A stretch of 32,000 nucleotides of DNA from Promethearchaeota archaeon (GTDB lineage Archaea; Asgardarchaeota; Lokiarchaeia; Sigyniarchaeales; SOKP01): contig JAUWGH010000001.1 in the NCBI GenBank assembly GCA_030606485.1, forward strand, positions 880,751 through 912,750, given 5' to 3'. Within the stretch, counting starts at the first letter, position 1. Every line of letters begins with the position of its first letter. This document shows positions 19,949 through 29,869 of this stretch, piece by piece. Below the pieces are notes generated by a model. It saw only the letters and a list, made by a program, of their open reading frames with translations. It was not told where the DNA came from and made no database searches. The translations under genes and the position numbers were made by a program.

Positions 19949-19956
19949 TTTAAATA
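19949..19956 (+). promoter_or_regulatory. Putative TATA box upstream of ATPase 2
   Basis: AAAAAAA-TTTAAATA lies about 22 nt before ATG 19979. GAGGAG at 19971-19976 may act as a ribosome-binding site. Confidence 0.5.
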
Positions 19957-19978
19957 AAAATTTGTATTTTGAGGAGAT

Positions 19979-22816
19979 ATGGAGCAAATTAATGCACATT
20001 CTATAAGCTTTGAAGAAGTTGTAAAGGCATTTAATAGTTCAATTGATACTGGCTTAACAGAATCAAAAGTGAGCGCAAACCTCGAAAAGTACGGGAGAAA
20101 TGAATTAATTAAAGAAAAAGGAAAGACGGCATTGGATATATTTTTAAGTCAATTTAAGGACTTTCTAATTTATTTATTGATTTTTGCAATTATAATATCA
20201 GTAATAATAGGAGCATGGGAAGCATCCCGACCAGGTGCTTCAGCATGGTCTTCAGAATATACTGATGCAGTTGTAATACTCGCTATATTAATTGTTAATG
20301 CAATTCTAGGGTTTTATCAAGAATATAAAGCAGAAAAATCTCTTGAAAGTTTAAAAAAATTAGCACCTCATTATGCTAAAGTACGAAGAGAAGGAATAGT
20401 TAAGGAAATAAGCGTCGAAGAAGTTGTTCCTGGAGATATTGTGTTAGTAGAGGAAGGAGATAAATTTCCCGCAGATATAAGACTAACGAAACAATTCTCA
20501 CTTTATGTGGATGAAGCACTATTAACAGGAGAATCGCAACCAGTTAAGAAACAATTAGACATTGTAGATGAAAAGATGATTTTAGCAGATAGAATCAACC
20601 TTGGATATATGAATACTATAATTACGCGGGGGAATGGAGAAGGTATTGTAATTGGAACAGGAATGAAAACAGAAATCGGAAAGATTGCAGGAAAACTACA
20701 AGAAGAGGTTATAGAACCAAGTCCTTTCCAGAAAGAAGTTAATAGATTCGGAAAACAGTTAGGAATAATAATAATGATAATATGTGGTGCTGTCTTTTTA
20801 GTTGAAGTGGTTCTAATAATAGTTACGGGAGGTTTTGTTTTTACAGAACAAAATATTGAGGAAATCATAACTGCATTTGAAATAGCGATAAGTTTAGCAG
20901 TTTCTGCCGTGCCTGAAGGATTAATTGTAGTGATCACTGTTGTTATGAGCATCGGAATGAGAAAAATGGCAAATCGAAATGCATTGGTGAGGAAACTGAC
21001 GGCTGTCGAAACTTTAGGAAGAGTGAATGTGATCTGTTCTGATAAAACCGGGACTTTGACTAAAAATGAAATGACCGTTGTAAAATTATATGTAGATGAT
21101 AAAGAGCTTCCCATTGAAGGTGTTGGATACAACATTAATGGAAGCATACTCAAAAGTGAAAAATCAATCGTTAATAATGATGATCTTAAAATATTTTTGG
21201 AAGTATGTATGTTTTGCAATAATTCTCATGTTAGTTTAGTTGATCAAAAATCCGGAGATCTAACAGTTGTAGGGGATCCTACTGAAATTTCTATGAAAGT
21301 AGTAGCATTAAAGGGAAATATTGATCAATCTTTTGATAAATTAGATGAGATTCCTTTTAATTCTGATAGAAAAATGATGACGGTAATTGGAAAAAAAGAC
21401 AGAAAAATAATTGCTTATATAAAAGGAGCACCTGATGTTCTCATGATGAATGCTTCTAAGGTATTATTAAATGGTGAAGTAAAACCTATTGACGTTTTAA
21501 AAGAAAAAATCATAAAGCAAAATGAAGAATTTGCAAAAAATGCGTTAAGAGTTCTTGGAGTTGCCTATAAAGAATTGGATTCGGACTACGATATTAATGA
21601 AGTGGAAAAAGATTTTACATATCTTGGGTTGGTTGGTATAATTGATCCGGCAAGAGATGAGGTAAAAGATTCAATAATAGAAGCAAAAAATGCAGGAATT
21701 AGAACAATTATGATTACGGGTGATCATAAAATTACGGCTATGGCGATCGCACATCAAATAGGTTTAACTGAATCAGATGAGGCAATTACTGGTATAGAAT
21801 TAGAGGAGATGAATGACGATGAGCTACGAGAGAAAGTTAAAACGGTCGACATTTTTGCAAGAGTTACGTCAGAACATAAATTAAGAATTTTAAAAAGATT
21901 AAAAGAACTAGATATGGTTGTATCTATGACTGGCGATGGAGTTAATGACGCTCCAGCTGTAAAAGGGGCACATGTTGGTGTTGCCATGGGAATAAAAGGT
22001 ACAGAAGTTACTCAAGAAGCTTCAGAAATGATATTAATTGATGATAATTATTCAACAATTGTTAACGCAATAGAAGAAGGGAGAGGTATATTTGAAACAA
22101 CTAAAGGTTTCTTTCGCTACATGTTAAGCACTAATTTTGATGAGATTTTTTTGATTTTAACAGCCTATATTGTTATGAAATTATTTGCAAATATATTTAT
22201 AGGTCCTCCAGTTTTGCCAATTCAGATTCTTTGGTTAAATATTGCAACAGATGGCATACCTGCAATGGTTCTGGGATTGACTCCTACAGATCCCGATGTG
22301 ATGAAACAGAAACCGCGAAAAGGTTATTCTTTAATAGAAGATATAAAGGGACCAGTCCTTTTTCTGGGAATCTATACTTCCATCACAGATATTAGTCTTT
22401 ATTTACTTCTATGGGCATGGTTAATTCCAGCTTGGAGTTTAATCGATCCTAACTTAGCAAACTATTTAATTGATCCAATAGCTCAACAATATGCAATTAC
22501 ATTAACGCAAACAATTATATTTACAAATTTAGTAATTTGTGAATTATTGTTTGTATTCACATGTACTTCTAATATAAAACCATTTTATAAGTTTCCTAAT
22601 AAGCATTTATTTTGGGCCGTAGGACTATCTCTTGGACTACAATTTTTATTACTTTATACCCCAATAGGTCTCGCATTTCGTATTATGCCTTTAACACAAT
22701 GGTATCATTGGGTTACGGTTTTTATTGGCGCATTTAGTGTTTCCGTTGTTGATGAGTTGAGAAAATATAAATTAAGAAGGAAACAGAGAAAAATTCTAAA
22801 TTCTACAATTATCTAA
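19979..22816 (+). CDS. P-type ATPase, subfamily IIA (SERCA-like), tandem copy 2
   Basis: Same catalytic and ion-binding motifs as copy 1 and collinear along its whole length. Confidence 0.95.
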   Translation: MEQINAHSISFEEVVKAFNSSIDTGLTESKVSANLEKYGRNELIKEKGKTALDIFLSQFKDFLIYLLIFAIIISVIIGAWEASRPGASAWSSEYTDAVVILAILIVNAILGFYQEYKAEKSLESLKKLAPHYAKVRREGIVKEISVEEVVPGDIVLVEEGDKFPADIRLTKQFSLYVDEALLTGESQPVKKQLDIVDEKMILADRINLGYMNTIITRGNGEGIVIGTGMKTEIGKIAGKLQEEVIEPSPFQKEVNRFGKQLGIIIMIICGAVFLVEVVLIIVTGGFVFTEQNIEEIITAFEIAISLAVSAVPEGLIVVITVVMSIGMRKMANRNALVRKLTAVETLGRVNVICSDKTGTLTKNEMTVVKLYVDDKELPIEGVGYNINGSILKSEKSIVNNDDLKIFLEVCMFCNNSHVSLVDQKSGDLTVVGDPTEISMKVVALKGNIDQSFDKLDEIPFNSDRKMMTVIGKKDRKIIAYIKGAPDVLMMNASKVLLNGEVKPIDVLKEKIIKQNEEFAKNALRVLGVAYKELDSDYDINEVEKDFTYLGLVGIIDPARDEVKDSIIEAKNAGIRTIMITGDHKITAMAIAHQIGLTESDEAITGIELEEMNDDELREKVKTVDIFARVTSEHKLRILKRLKELDMVVSMTGDGVNDAPAVKGAHVGVAMGIKGTEVTQEASEMILIDDNYSTIVNAIEEGRGIFETTKGFFRYMLSTNFDEIFLILTAYIVMKLFANIFIGPPVLPIQILWLNIATDGIPAMVLGLTPTDPDVMKQKPRKGYSLIEDIKGPVLFLGIYTSITDISLYLLLWAWLIPAWSLIDPNLANYLIDPIAQQYAITLTQTIIFTNLVICELLFVFTCTSNIKPFYKFPNKHLFWAVGLSLGLQFLLLYTPIGLAFRIMPLTQWYHWVTVFIGAFSVSVVDELRKYKLRRKQRKILNSTII

Positions 22817-22932
22817 TAACGAGATTATTTTTTTTTATTAATTTTTATTATAATTTTTTTCAAGATAATTAAATGGGAAATTTTTTGTCTTAAATAATAA
22901 ATTGAAAATTCTGATAAACTAAATTTAGATAT

Positions 22933-24012
22933 TCATAATAGAAATACTGGTTCTTTATCATCTGGAATTTCTTTAAAGAACATACCAATACCTAAAATCT
23001 TAAATGTATCTTGAACATTTATATTTTCTTTTGCAGAAGTTTCTATAAAGGAACATTTCAATTCAGCGGCTTTTTTTTCTCCCTCTTCAGTAGATACTTG
23101 CCTCTTATCCTCTAAATCAATTTTATTTCCAATTAAAACAAAAGGTATTTCGCCTATCTCAATTTTAGCATCGTTATACCAGTAATCAACCCTCTCAAAC
23201 GTTTCTCTCCTTGTCACGTCATATACAATAAACACGGCTTGAGTATTGGAATAATATATATGTCTAACACGACTGAAAAACTCTTGACCTGCTAAATCAT
23301 AAATTATGAATCTAATTAATGAATCTTTAAATCCTTGAATATAATATTTCGTAGTAGTTATTGATATCCCAAGTGTTGGCCTATAATCTGCAGAATATTG
23401 TTTTTTAACAAATTGAGTCACAAGAGTTGTTTTTCCAACCCCCGAATCACCGAGAATTATTAGTTTAAAAAATTTTTCTTTCTTTTTTCTTTCTATCTGA
23501 AATTCATGGTTTCCTTTTTTTACAGCCGCTTTCATTAAATCTCCTTCAAATGATTCACCAATACCAAATTTAGGAATTGTTAAGGTATTATATTTTAAAT
23601 CAAATTTATTTTCCAATATTTGTGCTACTTTCTCAACAAGTAAATAACAATAAGGTAAAGCAAATTTTGCATCCAATGTGAAGTAGGTTATTATGAGAAC
23701 AATTGCCTCTGGACCTGCTTCTAAGAAGATTAAACGATGATCTTTTATTTCAAATGTTATCAAACCTAATTCTCCAATTCCATAATCTTTAGATATTTTT
23801 TTTGACATCGGTTCAATTGAACTAAGAAATGCACCATAAATTTCTTCTCTCTCAGACTCCTCTAATCCATCATCTAATAATTCAGACAAGGTGTATTTAC
23901 TTATTAAAAGTCCTTGACGATTATAGATCATTATTGCATCTACTTCACTTATCACTTCAATAAAATTCTTCATCAGTTCTAAGAGCAACTTTTCCTTCTG
24001 CAATACTTTCAT
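22933..24012 (-). CDS. Roadblock/LAMTOR-like domain fused to a Rab-like small GTPase
   Basis: C-terminal half: G1 GDSGVGKT, G2 RPTLG, G3 DLAGQE, G4 NKID, G5 SAK. N-terminal half: VDAIMIYNRQGLLIS...helix...LITFEIKDHRLIFLEAGPEAIVLII, a Roadblock-like pattern. Confidence 0.88.
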   Translation of the reverse strand: MKVLQKEKLLLELMKNFIEVISEVDAIMIYNRQGLLISKYTLSELLDDGLEESEREEIYGAFLSSIEPMSKKISKDYGIGELGLITFEIKDHRLIFLEAGPEAIVLIITYFTLDAKFALPYCYLLVEKVAQILENKFDLKYNTLTIPKFGIGESFEGDLMKAAVKKGNHEFQIERKKKEKFFKLIILGDSGVGKTTLVTQFVKKQYSADYRPTLGISITTTKYYIQGFKDSLIRFIIYDLAGQEFFSRVRHIYYSNTQAVFIVYDVTRRETFERVDYWYNDAKIEIGEIPFVLIGNKIDLEDKRQVSTEEGEKKAAELKCSFIETSAKENINVQDTFKILGIGMFFKEIPDDKEPVFLL

Positions 24013-24243
24013 GTGAAACCTTCCAAGTAAATCATTATAACTTCATTTAATCCTAAAAATTTTTGTTTTGGTTTAAAATTTCAAATGGATTCTAGTAAAA
24101 ATTATTTTACTACAATTATCATCTAAATTATCTAATAAAAAATTTTATTAAAAAATCCAAAATTTTTAAGATTTAAAATATTTATAAGATTTAAGTTAAA
24201 AAAAACATAATATCCTCAAGAAATAGAGCAAATTTGATTAATA

Positions 24244-24930
24244 ATGAGTAAAAGTACAGAAATCATAAAAAATTATTTAAGTCAAGGGAAAAAAGTATTA
24301 ACGGAATATGAATCTAAAGAACTATTGGAAAAAATTGGAATACCAATTACCAAACAAAAATTAACCTCCGATAAAAATGATGTTGTGAAATTCGCCGATG
24401 AAATAGGTTATCCTATTGTTATGAAACTCATGGCAGATGATGTTGTTCATAAGTCTGACGCTGGTGCAGTGAAACTAAATCTGCAAAATAAAGATGAGAT
24501 CGAAAAAAGTTTTGATGAATTAATGAGTATTCCATCAAAATCAGAAAAAAAAATTAATATCCAAAAAATGGCTGATGAACCTATTACTGAAATAATTATT
24601 GGTATGACAACAGATCCGCAATTTGGTCCTGCTCTGATGTTTGGAATAGGAGGTATCTTAGTTGAATTACTGGAAGATGTCTCATTTCGAATTGCACCAA
24701 TTGAAAAATTTGACGCAAATGAGATGATTCATGAAATAAAAGGATTTCCTTTGCTAGATGGATTCCGAGGTAAGCCAAAAGCCGACATAGACGCAATTAT
24801 TGATGCTCTATTAAAAGTATCTGATTTAGTTATTCAAAACCCCGAGATTTATGAGATGGATCTTAACCCCATCTTTGTATATAATTCCGGGATAGTTTGC
24901 GTAGATGCCCGGATTATTTTAAAAGATTAA
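24244..24930 (+). CDS. acdB: Acetate/acyl-CoA ligase (ADP-forming) beta subunit, ATP-grasp domain
   Basis: LTEYESKELL..IGIP, GYPIVMK....VVHKSDAGAV.LNL, EIIIG...DPQFGP.LMFG.GG..VE...DVSFR and EMDLNP.....G..CVDARI. Confidence 0.92.
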   Translation: MSKSTEIIKNYLSQGKKVLTEYESKELLEKIGIPITKQKLTSDKNDVVKFADEIGYPIVMKLMADDVVHKSDAGAVKLNLQNKDEIEKSFDELMSIPSKSEKKINIQKMADEPITEIIIGMTTDPQFGPALMFGIGGILVELLEDVSFRIAPIEKFDANEMIHEIKGFPLLDGFRGKPKADIDAIIDALLKVSDLVIQNPEIYEMDLNPIFVYNSGIVCVDARIILKD

Positions 24931-25207
24931 AATTTTTATATTTTTTTAGTTTTTATTTCTGATAATTTTCCTAATTTTCATTTTTAATGAACTTAAAATG
25001 TATTTTTTGAGAGATTCTTAGAAAAATTTGCATTATCTCATAATATCAGATGAAAATATTTATAAAAAACTAAAATAATTAGAAAGAAAGAACTTTTTAA
25101 TTAAATAAAAATTTCAAAAACACCAAATAAATATTAATCAATAACACTAATTTATTCATATATAAGAGTATATAATTCCCCTAAACATTTCGAAAAGAGA
25201 GATATTT

Positions 25208-28200
25208 ATGTTTAAAAACAAGAAAAAAAGGAATATTATCATTTTATCCTTTGTCTTTATTTGGATGATTGCATTCATACCAAATCTTATGTCCAATCCA
25301 ACTTTTGTTAAAAATGATTCAGAATTTTCTGAGGATATAATAAATAAGAAGGAAAAAAATAAAAATCCAAAAATATCTAATTATACTCCATCATATAATG
25401 CCACTGGTGGAAATTTTAATGTTACTTTACATCAAAGTATAATTAATACAACAAAAATCCAAATAATAAATACCTCTGACATAGACAATATTACATTTTA
25501 TGAAAAATGTCCAACAGAACCAAATTTTAATACATCTTTAATTAATATAACTATTGAAAGTATTTTTGCTCCAAATAAAACATTAATAGTAGAAAATGAG
25601 GGTGGACCAGGCGATTCTGATAAATTGTCAGATAAATATTTTGCTTCTTTTAATGTCTCCTCTAAATGTATCATAAAGAATGTATCAGTAAGAGTGAAAT
25701 GTGACGATACTGATACCTTTTATGTAGATCTTTTTAATGCATCATTACCAGGCGACGACATTAAATATCAATCAGATTTAACTGGAGGATCGACTCTAGC
25801 GAGTTTTGGATTTACAGGTTCATCTCCTCGTCATTGGGAAAATTGCACTGACATAGATTTTGAAATCGACCCAACAAACACATATCAAAATGTTTTTTTT
25901 ATTTCGCTTCAAACTTTAAATAAACAAGGCTGGTGGCATTACGAAGATACGTTAACTAATGGAAATGATTCCATTACTTGGACAGATGTTTCAGCAAATC
26001 CATTGCCATGGCGAGATATGGAGTTAATACTTGATTTAGTTCCAATAAATAATACACCAAATCCACAAGATATTGGATTTAATATTAATAATTCTGCAGT
26101 TACGGGTTATTCTGATGTAAATGGATCCGGTTATTGGAGTTCTACAGACGAATTTTCAAGTAGTTCAGGACATTTGGAATTTAATATGTCTGCTGATTGG
26201 TGGGATGTATCATGTAATATAACTAAAAGATTAATTAATTACACTGAAAGTGATTTAAACGCCAATTCAGAATATAATATTTCTGGAAGCGGAAATCTGG
26301 TTATTTGGAATGTAACAATACCGAATGAAATTGATGTTTTTGAAAATTCTGATTTTAAACATAATTATATTAATTTTACAATTCCTTCATCTTGGGAATT
26401 AATTCAGGCTTTTAATGGAACTGACGAAAAACCGAATTCCACTTGGGATCGTGGAGATAGTTGGCAACTTGTTAATGTCCTTGATGGTGGAAACGGAACA
26501 TTTTGGGGTCTCAATGCGAGCTCAACCAATTTAATTAGTCATATTCGACTATATAAAGAAAGTACACAAATAACAAGCGTAAATTTTTCGGATACAGTTG
26601 ATTTTAAAGTCAATTTCTCGGAAGATATAAGTGGAATAATAAATTTAAGTGTATATTTTCTATCATTAAACAATAATTTAAATCATACTAATTTTAATAA
26701 TACATCTCCAGCTGCCTCATTAATAAATTTAGGTTCTTGGAAGATACAAGAAAATGCGAGTAGATATGGGGAATACACAATTCAAGCAATCTGGAGTAAT
26801 GATACTGCAGCTGGATTTTTAGAAGAATCTTTATTGATTTTTGGTGAAACAGAGACAATATTAATTGAACCAAATCAATATAAGGAATTTCTTAATACAG
26901 CTGAAAAGTTTAATATTACATTCTTTTTTAATGATACTGTTAATGATACGGCAATAAATGGTGCTACGATTAATTATAGTATTGCTGGACAGGCTGAACA
27001 ACAAACTTCTGATAATAATGGGACAGCAGGTTATTATAATATAACTATTGACCCTAAAGATGCGATTATAAAAGCTGGACTTAATAATGTAACCATCTAT
27101 GTTAATAAAACTTATTATAACAATCAAACGCTAATTTATTACTTCAAGAAAGTTAATGCAACTAATTTAATAGGTCCATTTCCGAGCACCAATATTACTA
27201 TCTACAAACAAAATGCTACTTTTCAAATAAATTACTCCACGACAACCGGTATTCCTCTTAACGATTCAACTATTAAATTAGTCGAAATTAGTCCATTTAC
27301 TATATGGTCTTATACAAGAGATGCTCCCACAGCTCCAGGAAACTATACTATTAAAATAAATACAACAGGAATTGATATTGGAGATTATCAGTGTACTTTT
27401 AGAATTTCTTCGCCGGGAAATCATTCGCAAAATATTGTTGTTAATATTAGAATAATTCAAGCAACTACAGAAATATTACTGGAAAGTTATAATCCGACTC
27501 TCGTTAGATGGATGGGCCAGGAACAAACACTTATTTTCAAATTTTACGATACAGATAACGAGGAATTAATAATAAATCCTCCAGGGTTAAATTTCACAGT
27601 TTATAGGAACGCCACTGGTACATTATGGCCGGGAGGTCAAGGAACGCTACAACATTTGGGTGCAGGAAGGTATGAATTAAAAGTGGGTATAACTGGACTA
27701 GATTCGGGCTATTATACAATGGTTATAAATGCCACTCTCATTCCAAATTATAAATATGATTTAGAGACAATTAGTTTCTACATCAGAGGAAATTATTCAG
27801 ATATTGGTTTACTGGAGGTGAACAATCCAGGAGGAGTTATTACCCCCTCAGGAGGGAAATATTACACATTTGTTGAGAGTGATATAAGTATTGAATTCAA
27901 TTATTCAAATACTGAAATTGTAAAGTTTCTTATAGTTCCCGAAGCGAGTATTATATATCGAATTACATACGAAAAAGGGCCATTAATAAATGGCACACTC
28001 AGTTTGACAAACCTATCCGGTTTTGAAAAGATATACGACCAAAACACAAATAGTCATAAAGGGAATCTTGGTACTTCAGGTCTTGGATTGGGCGAATATA
28101 ATATAACAATAGAAATAGCGAATCGAAATTACGAAAATGCTACAACAATTTTTACAATAGTCATCATTGGTAAATTTGATGTTAATGCAACATTATTAAA

Positions 28201-29869
28201 TCCTCCAGAGTCTGTAACCGCAGGCGAATCTTTCAAAATAACAGTAAAAATTGAATATTTAAAGAATGATTCTGTTTGGAGTCCAGTATCTAGTGTAAAT
28301 ATAAGGTGTATCGTTTTAATTAATGGACTTGAGGAACTTGAATATTCAAATTCAACAAATTCTGAAGGAATTGTGCAATTTACTATAACTTTACCATTGG
28401 AAGCTCGAAATATGACAATAACAATTAAAATTTTCCCAACATATAACACGGTTGAAAAGACTAAAGAATTTTCTTCAATCATGGTTAATCCACCGCCAGT
28501 CATTCCAATAGAAATCGTATTAATATTATTAATAATTAGCGCCGTAGTTGCTGTAGGAGCAATTTCATATAAAGTATTCGTCGTGCCCAGAAAAAAGAGA
28601 AAGCGAGAAGCGATTATGGAAGTTGCAACTGCATTTGATGACGCAATTAATTTAGAACAATTACTTGTTTTACATAAAGGGTCAGGAACATGTATTTTCT
28701 TTAAATCATTTGGAGGGGAAACTATTGATCCGGATTTAATTAGCGGCTTTTTATCAGCAGTGCAATCTTTCGGTAAAGAAATTAAATATCAACAGAGTTT
28801 AAACGAAATAACATATGGAGATAAAATGTTATTACTAAGTGATGGAGAAAATATCAGAGTAGCATTAGTCTTGGGTAAAAAAGGTTCAATGGTCTTGAGA
28901 AGAAACTTAACGAGATTTATTAAAATGTTCGAAGGGAGATTTGGACATGTATTACCAGAGTGGAGAGGTGATTTACAAGTATTTCGTGATTCAGATGATT
29001 TAATAGATCAAGCATTTAATACTTCCATTATATTACCTCATGAAATAAATACAGATGTTTCTAAAATTAAACTCGTAAAATCTCCGTTAGCAAGAAGGTT
29101 ATTAAAACTTGCTCAAGATATAACGGTAGAAAAACAAAGGAAGTATTTCTTTCTCGCCTCACTTTTAAATGAAGCTACAGATAAAGTAGGTGAAGAAGCT
29201 GCGGAATTATTCGTTGCTATTAAAGAACTTAGAGATAATGAAGCAATAATCCCAATTAAAATTGATAAAATTGCACCAGAGGCGATTTCTCAACAAGAAT
29301 TAAATATTTTAGGTCAAAAAGTTGCTCAATTAGGTGGATATACACCAGAACAAAAGCAAAGTCTAGTACAGGAATTGGCACATATGAAGCCCGCAGAAAG
29401 AGAGGCATTTTTCTCCAGTTTGATACAAGGAGAGGCAATTGTATCTGCTCCGGTAAGAATTGAAGAAACATCTGTGGAGATTTCTGATGCGAAATCTGCA
29501 AAAACAGAAATGAAGAACTTAGAAAGTAAAGCTAAAGAGTTAATAAAAGGAGGAGACCTGTCAAGGGCGATTCAAATTTATGAAAATACAGCCATATTAG
29601 CAGAAACTTGGAATTTTTTAAAAGAATCAAAAATGTTAAAAGAAAAAGCAAGAGAGGTAAGTATCAAGAATTTAGAGAATGAAATGAAGAATTTAGTTAA
29701 AGATGCAGAGAATGCAGTGAAAGGAAGTCAATATATTGAAGCGTCTGAAAAATATATTCAAGCAGCCCGTAAAGCATCGGAAATTTTTAAATTGGGAGAA
29801 ACAAGTATGCAAAAACAAGTTAGACTGTATGAAAACAAAGCAAAAGAATATGAAAAATACATTAAATAA
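25208..29869 (+). CDS. Giant single-pass surface glycoprotein: signal/anchor, ~1070-aa beta-rich ectodomain, TM, cytoplasmic longin-like domain and TPR/MIT-like tail
   Basis: Basic-hydrophobic N-terminus, about 65 N-x-S/T sequons by hand count before the TM (VIPIEIVLILLIISAVVAVGAISY, about 28498-28570), a positive-inside RKKRKR stretch and the longin-like segment EQLLVLHKGSGTCIFFKSF...DLISGFLSAVQSFGKE (about 28655-29020). Confidence 0.85.
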   Translation: MFKNKKKRNIIILSFVFIWMIAFIPNLMSNPTFVKNDSEFSEDIINKKEKNKNPKISNYTPSYNATGGNFNVTLHQSIINTTKIQIINTSDIDNITFYEKCPTEPNFNTSLINITIESIFAPNKTLIVENEGGPGDSDKLSDKYFASFNVSSKCIIKNVSVRVKCDDTDTFYVDLFNASLPGDDIKYQSDLTGGSTLASFGFTGSSPRHWENCTDIDFEIDPTNTYQNVFFISLQTLNKQGWWHYEDTLTNGNDSITWTDVSANPLPWRDMELILDLVPINNTPNPQDIGFNINNSAVTGYSDVNGSGYWSSTDEFSSSSGHLEFNMSADWWDVSCNITKRLINYTESDLNANSEYNISGSGNLVIWNVTIPNEIDVFENSDFKHNYINFTIPSSWELIQAFNGTDEKPNSTWDRGDSWQLVNVLDGGNGTFWGLNASSTNLISHIRLYKESTQITSVNFSDTVDFKVNFSEDISGIINLSVYFLSLNNNLNHTNFNNTSPAASLINLGSWKIQENASRYGEYTIQAIWSNDTAAGFLEESLLIFGETETILIEPNQYKEFLNTAEKFNITFFFNDTVNDTAINGATINYSIAGQAEQQTSDNNGTAGYYNITIDPKDAIIKAGLNNVTIYVNKTYYNNQTLIYYFKKVNATNLIGPFPSTNITIYKQNATFQINYSTTTGIPLNDSTIKLVEISPFTIWSYTRDAPTAPGNYTIKINTTGIDIGDYQCTFRISSPGNHSQNIVVNIRIIQATTEILLESYNPTLVRWMGQEQTLIFKFYDTDNEELIINPPGLNFTVYRNATGTLWPGGQGTLQHLGAGRYELKVGITGLDSGYYTMVINATLIPNYKYDLETISFYIRGNYSDIGLLEVNNPGGVITPSGGKYYTFVESDISIEFNYSNTEIVKFLIVPEASIIYRITYEKGPLINGTLSLTNLSGFEKIYDQNTNSHKGNLGTSGLGLGEYNITIEIANRNYENATTIFTIVIIGKFDVNATLLNPPESVTAGESFKITVKIEYLKNDSVWSPVSSVNIRCIVLINGLEELEYSNSTNSEGIVQFTITLPLEARNMTITIKIFPTYNTVEKTKEFSSIMVNPPPVIPIEIVLILLIISAVVAVGAISYKVFVVPRKKRKREAIMEVATAFDDAINLEQLLVLHKGSGTCIFFKSFGGETIDPDLISGFLSAVQSFGKEIKYQQSLNEITYGDKMLLLSDGENIRVALVLGKKGSMVLRRNLTRFIKMFEGRFGHVLPEWRGDLQVFRDSDDLIDQAFNTSIILPHEINTDVSKIKLVKSPLARRLLKLAQDITVEKQRKYFFLASLLNEATDKVGEEAAELFVAIKELRDNEAIIPIKIDKIAPEAISQQELNILGQKVAQLGGYTPEQKQSLVQELAHMKPAEREAFFSSLIQGEAIVSAPVRIEETSVEISDAKSAKTEMKNLESKAKELIKGGDLSRAIQIYENTAILAETWNFLKESKMLKEKAREVSIKNLENEMKNLVKDAENAVKGSQYIEASEKYIQAARKASEIFKLGETSMQKQVRLYENKAKEYEKYIK
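25618..26273 (+). repeat. Near-identical coding block, copy 1 (other copy at 30521-31173)
   Basis: Manual alignment: 13 mismatches in 304 nt (25618-25921), then a divergent ~45-nt patch with a 3-nt indel, then 23 mismatches in about 307 nt. Confidence 0.92.

Noticed and set aside
497-29501. Short overlapping ORFs in the track (497-715, 1276-1521, 4450-4653, 4972-5157, 7250-7444, 8035-8256, 11342-11554, 17362-17949, 20503-21219, 21754-21987, 24596-24796, 26861-27127, 27278-27460, 28129-28503, 29256-29501)
   Set aside because: All lie antisense to, or out of frame within, longer genes with convincing motifs or architecture. They carry no recognisable motifs and look like shadow ORFs.
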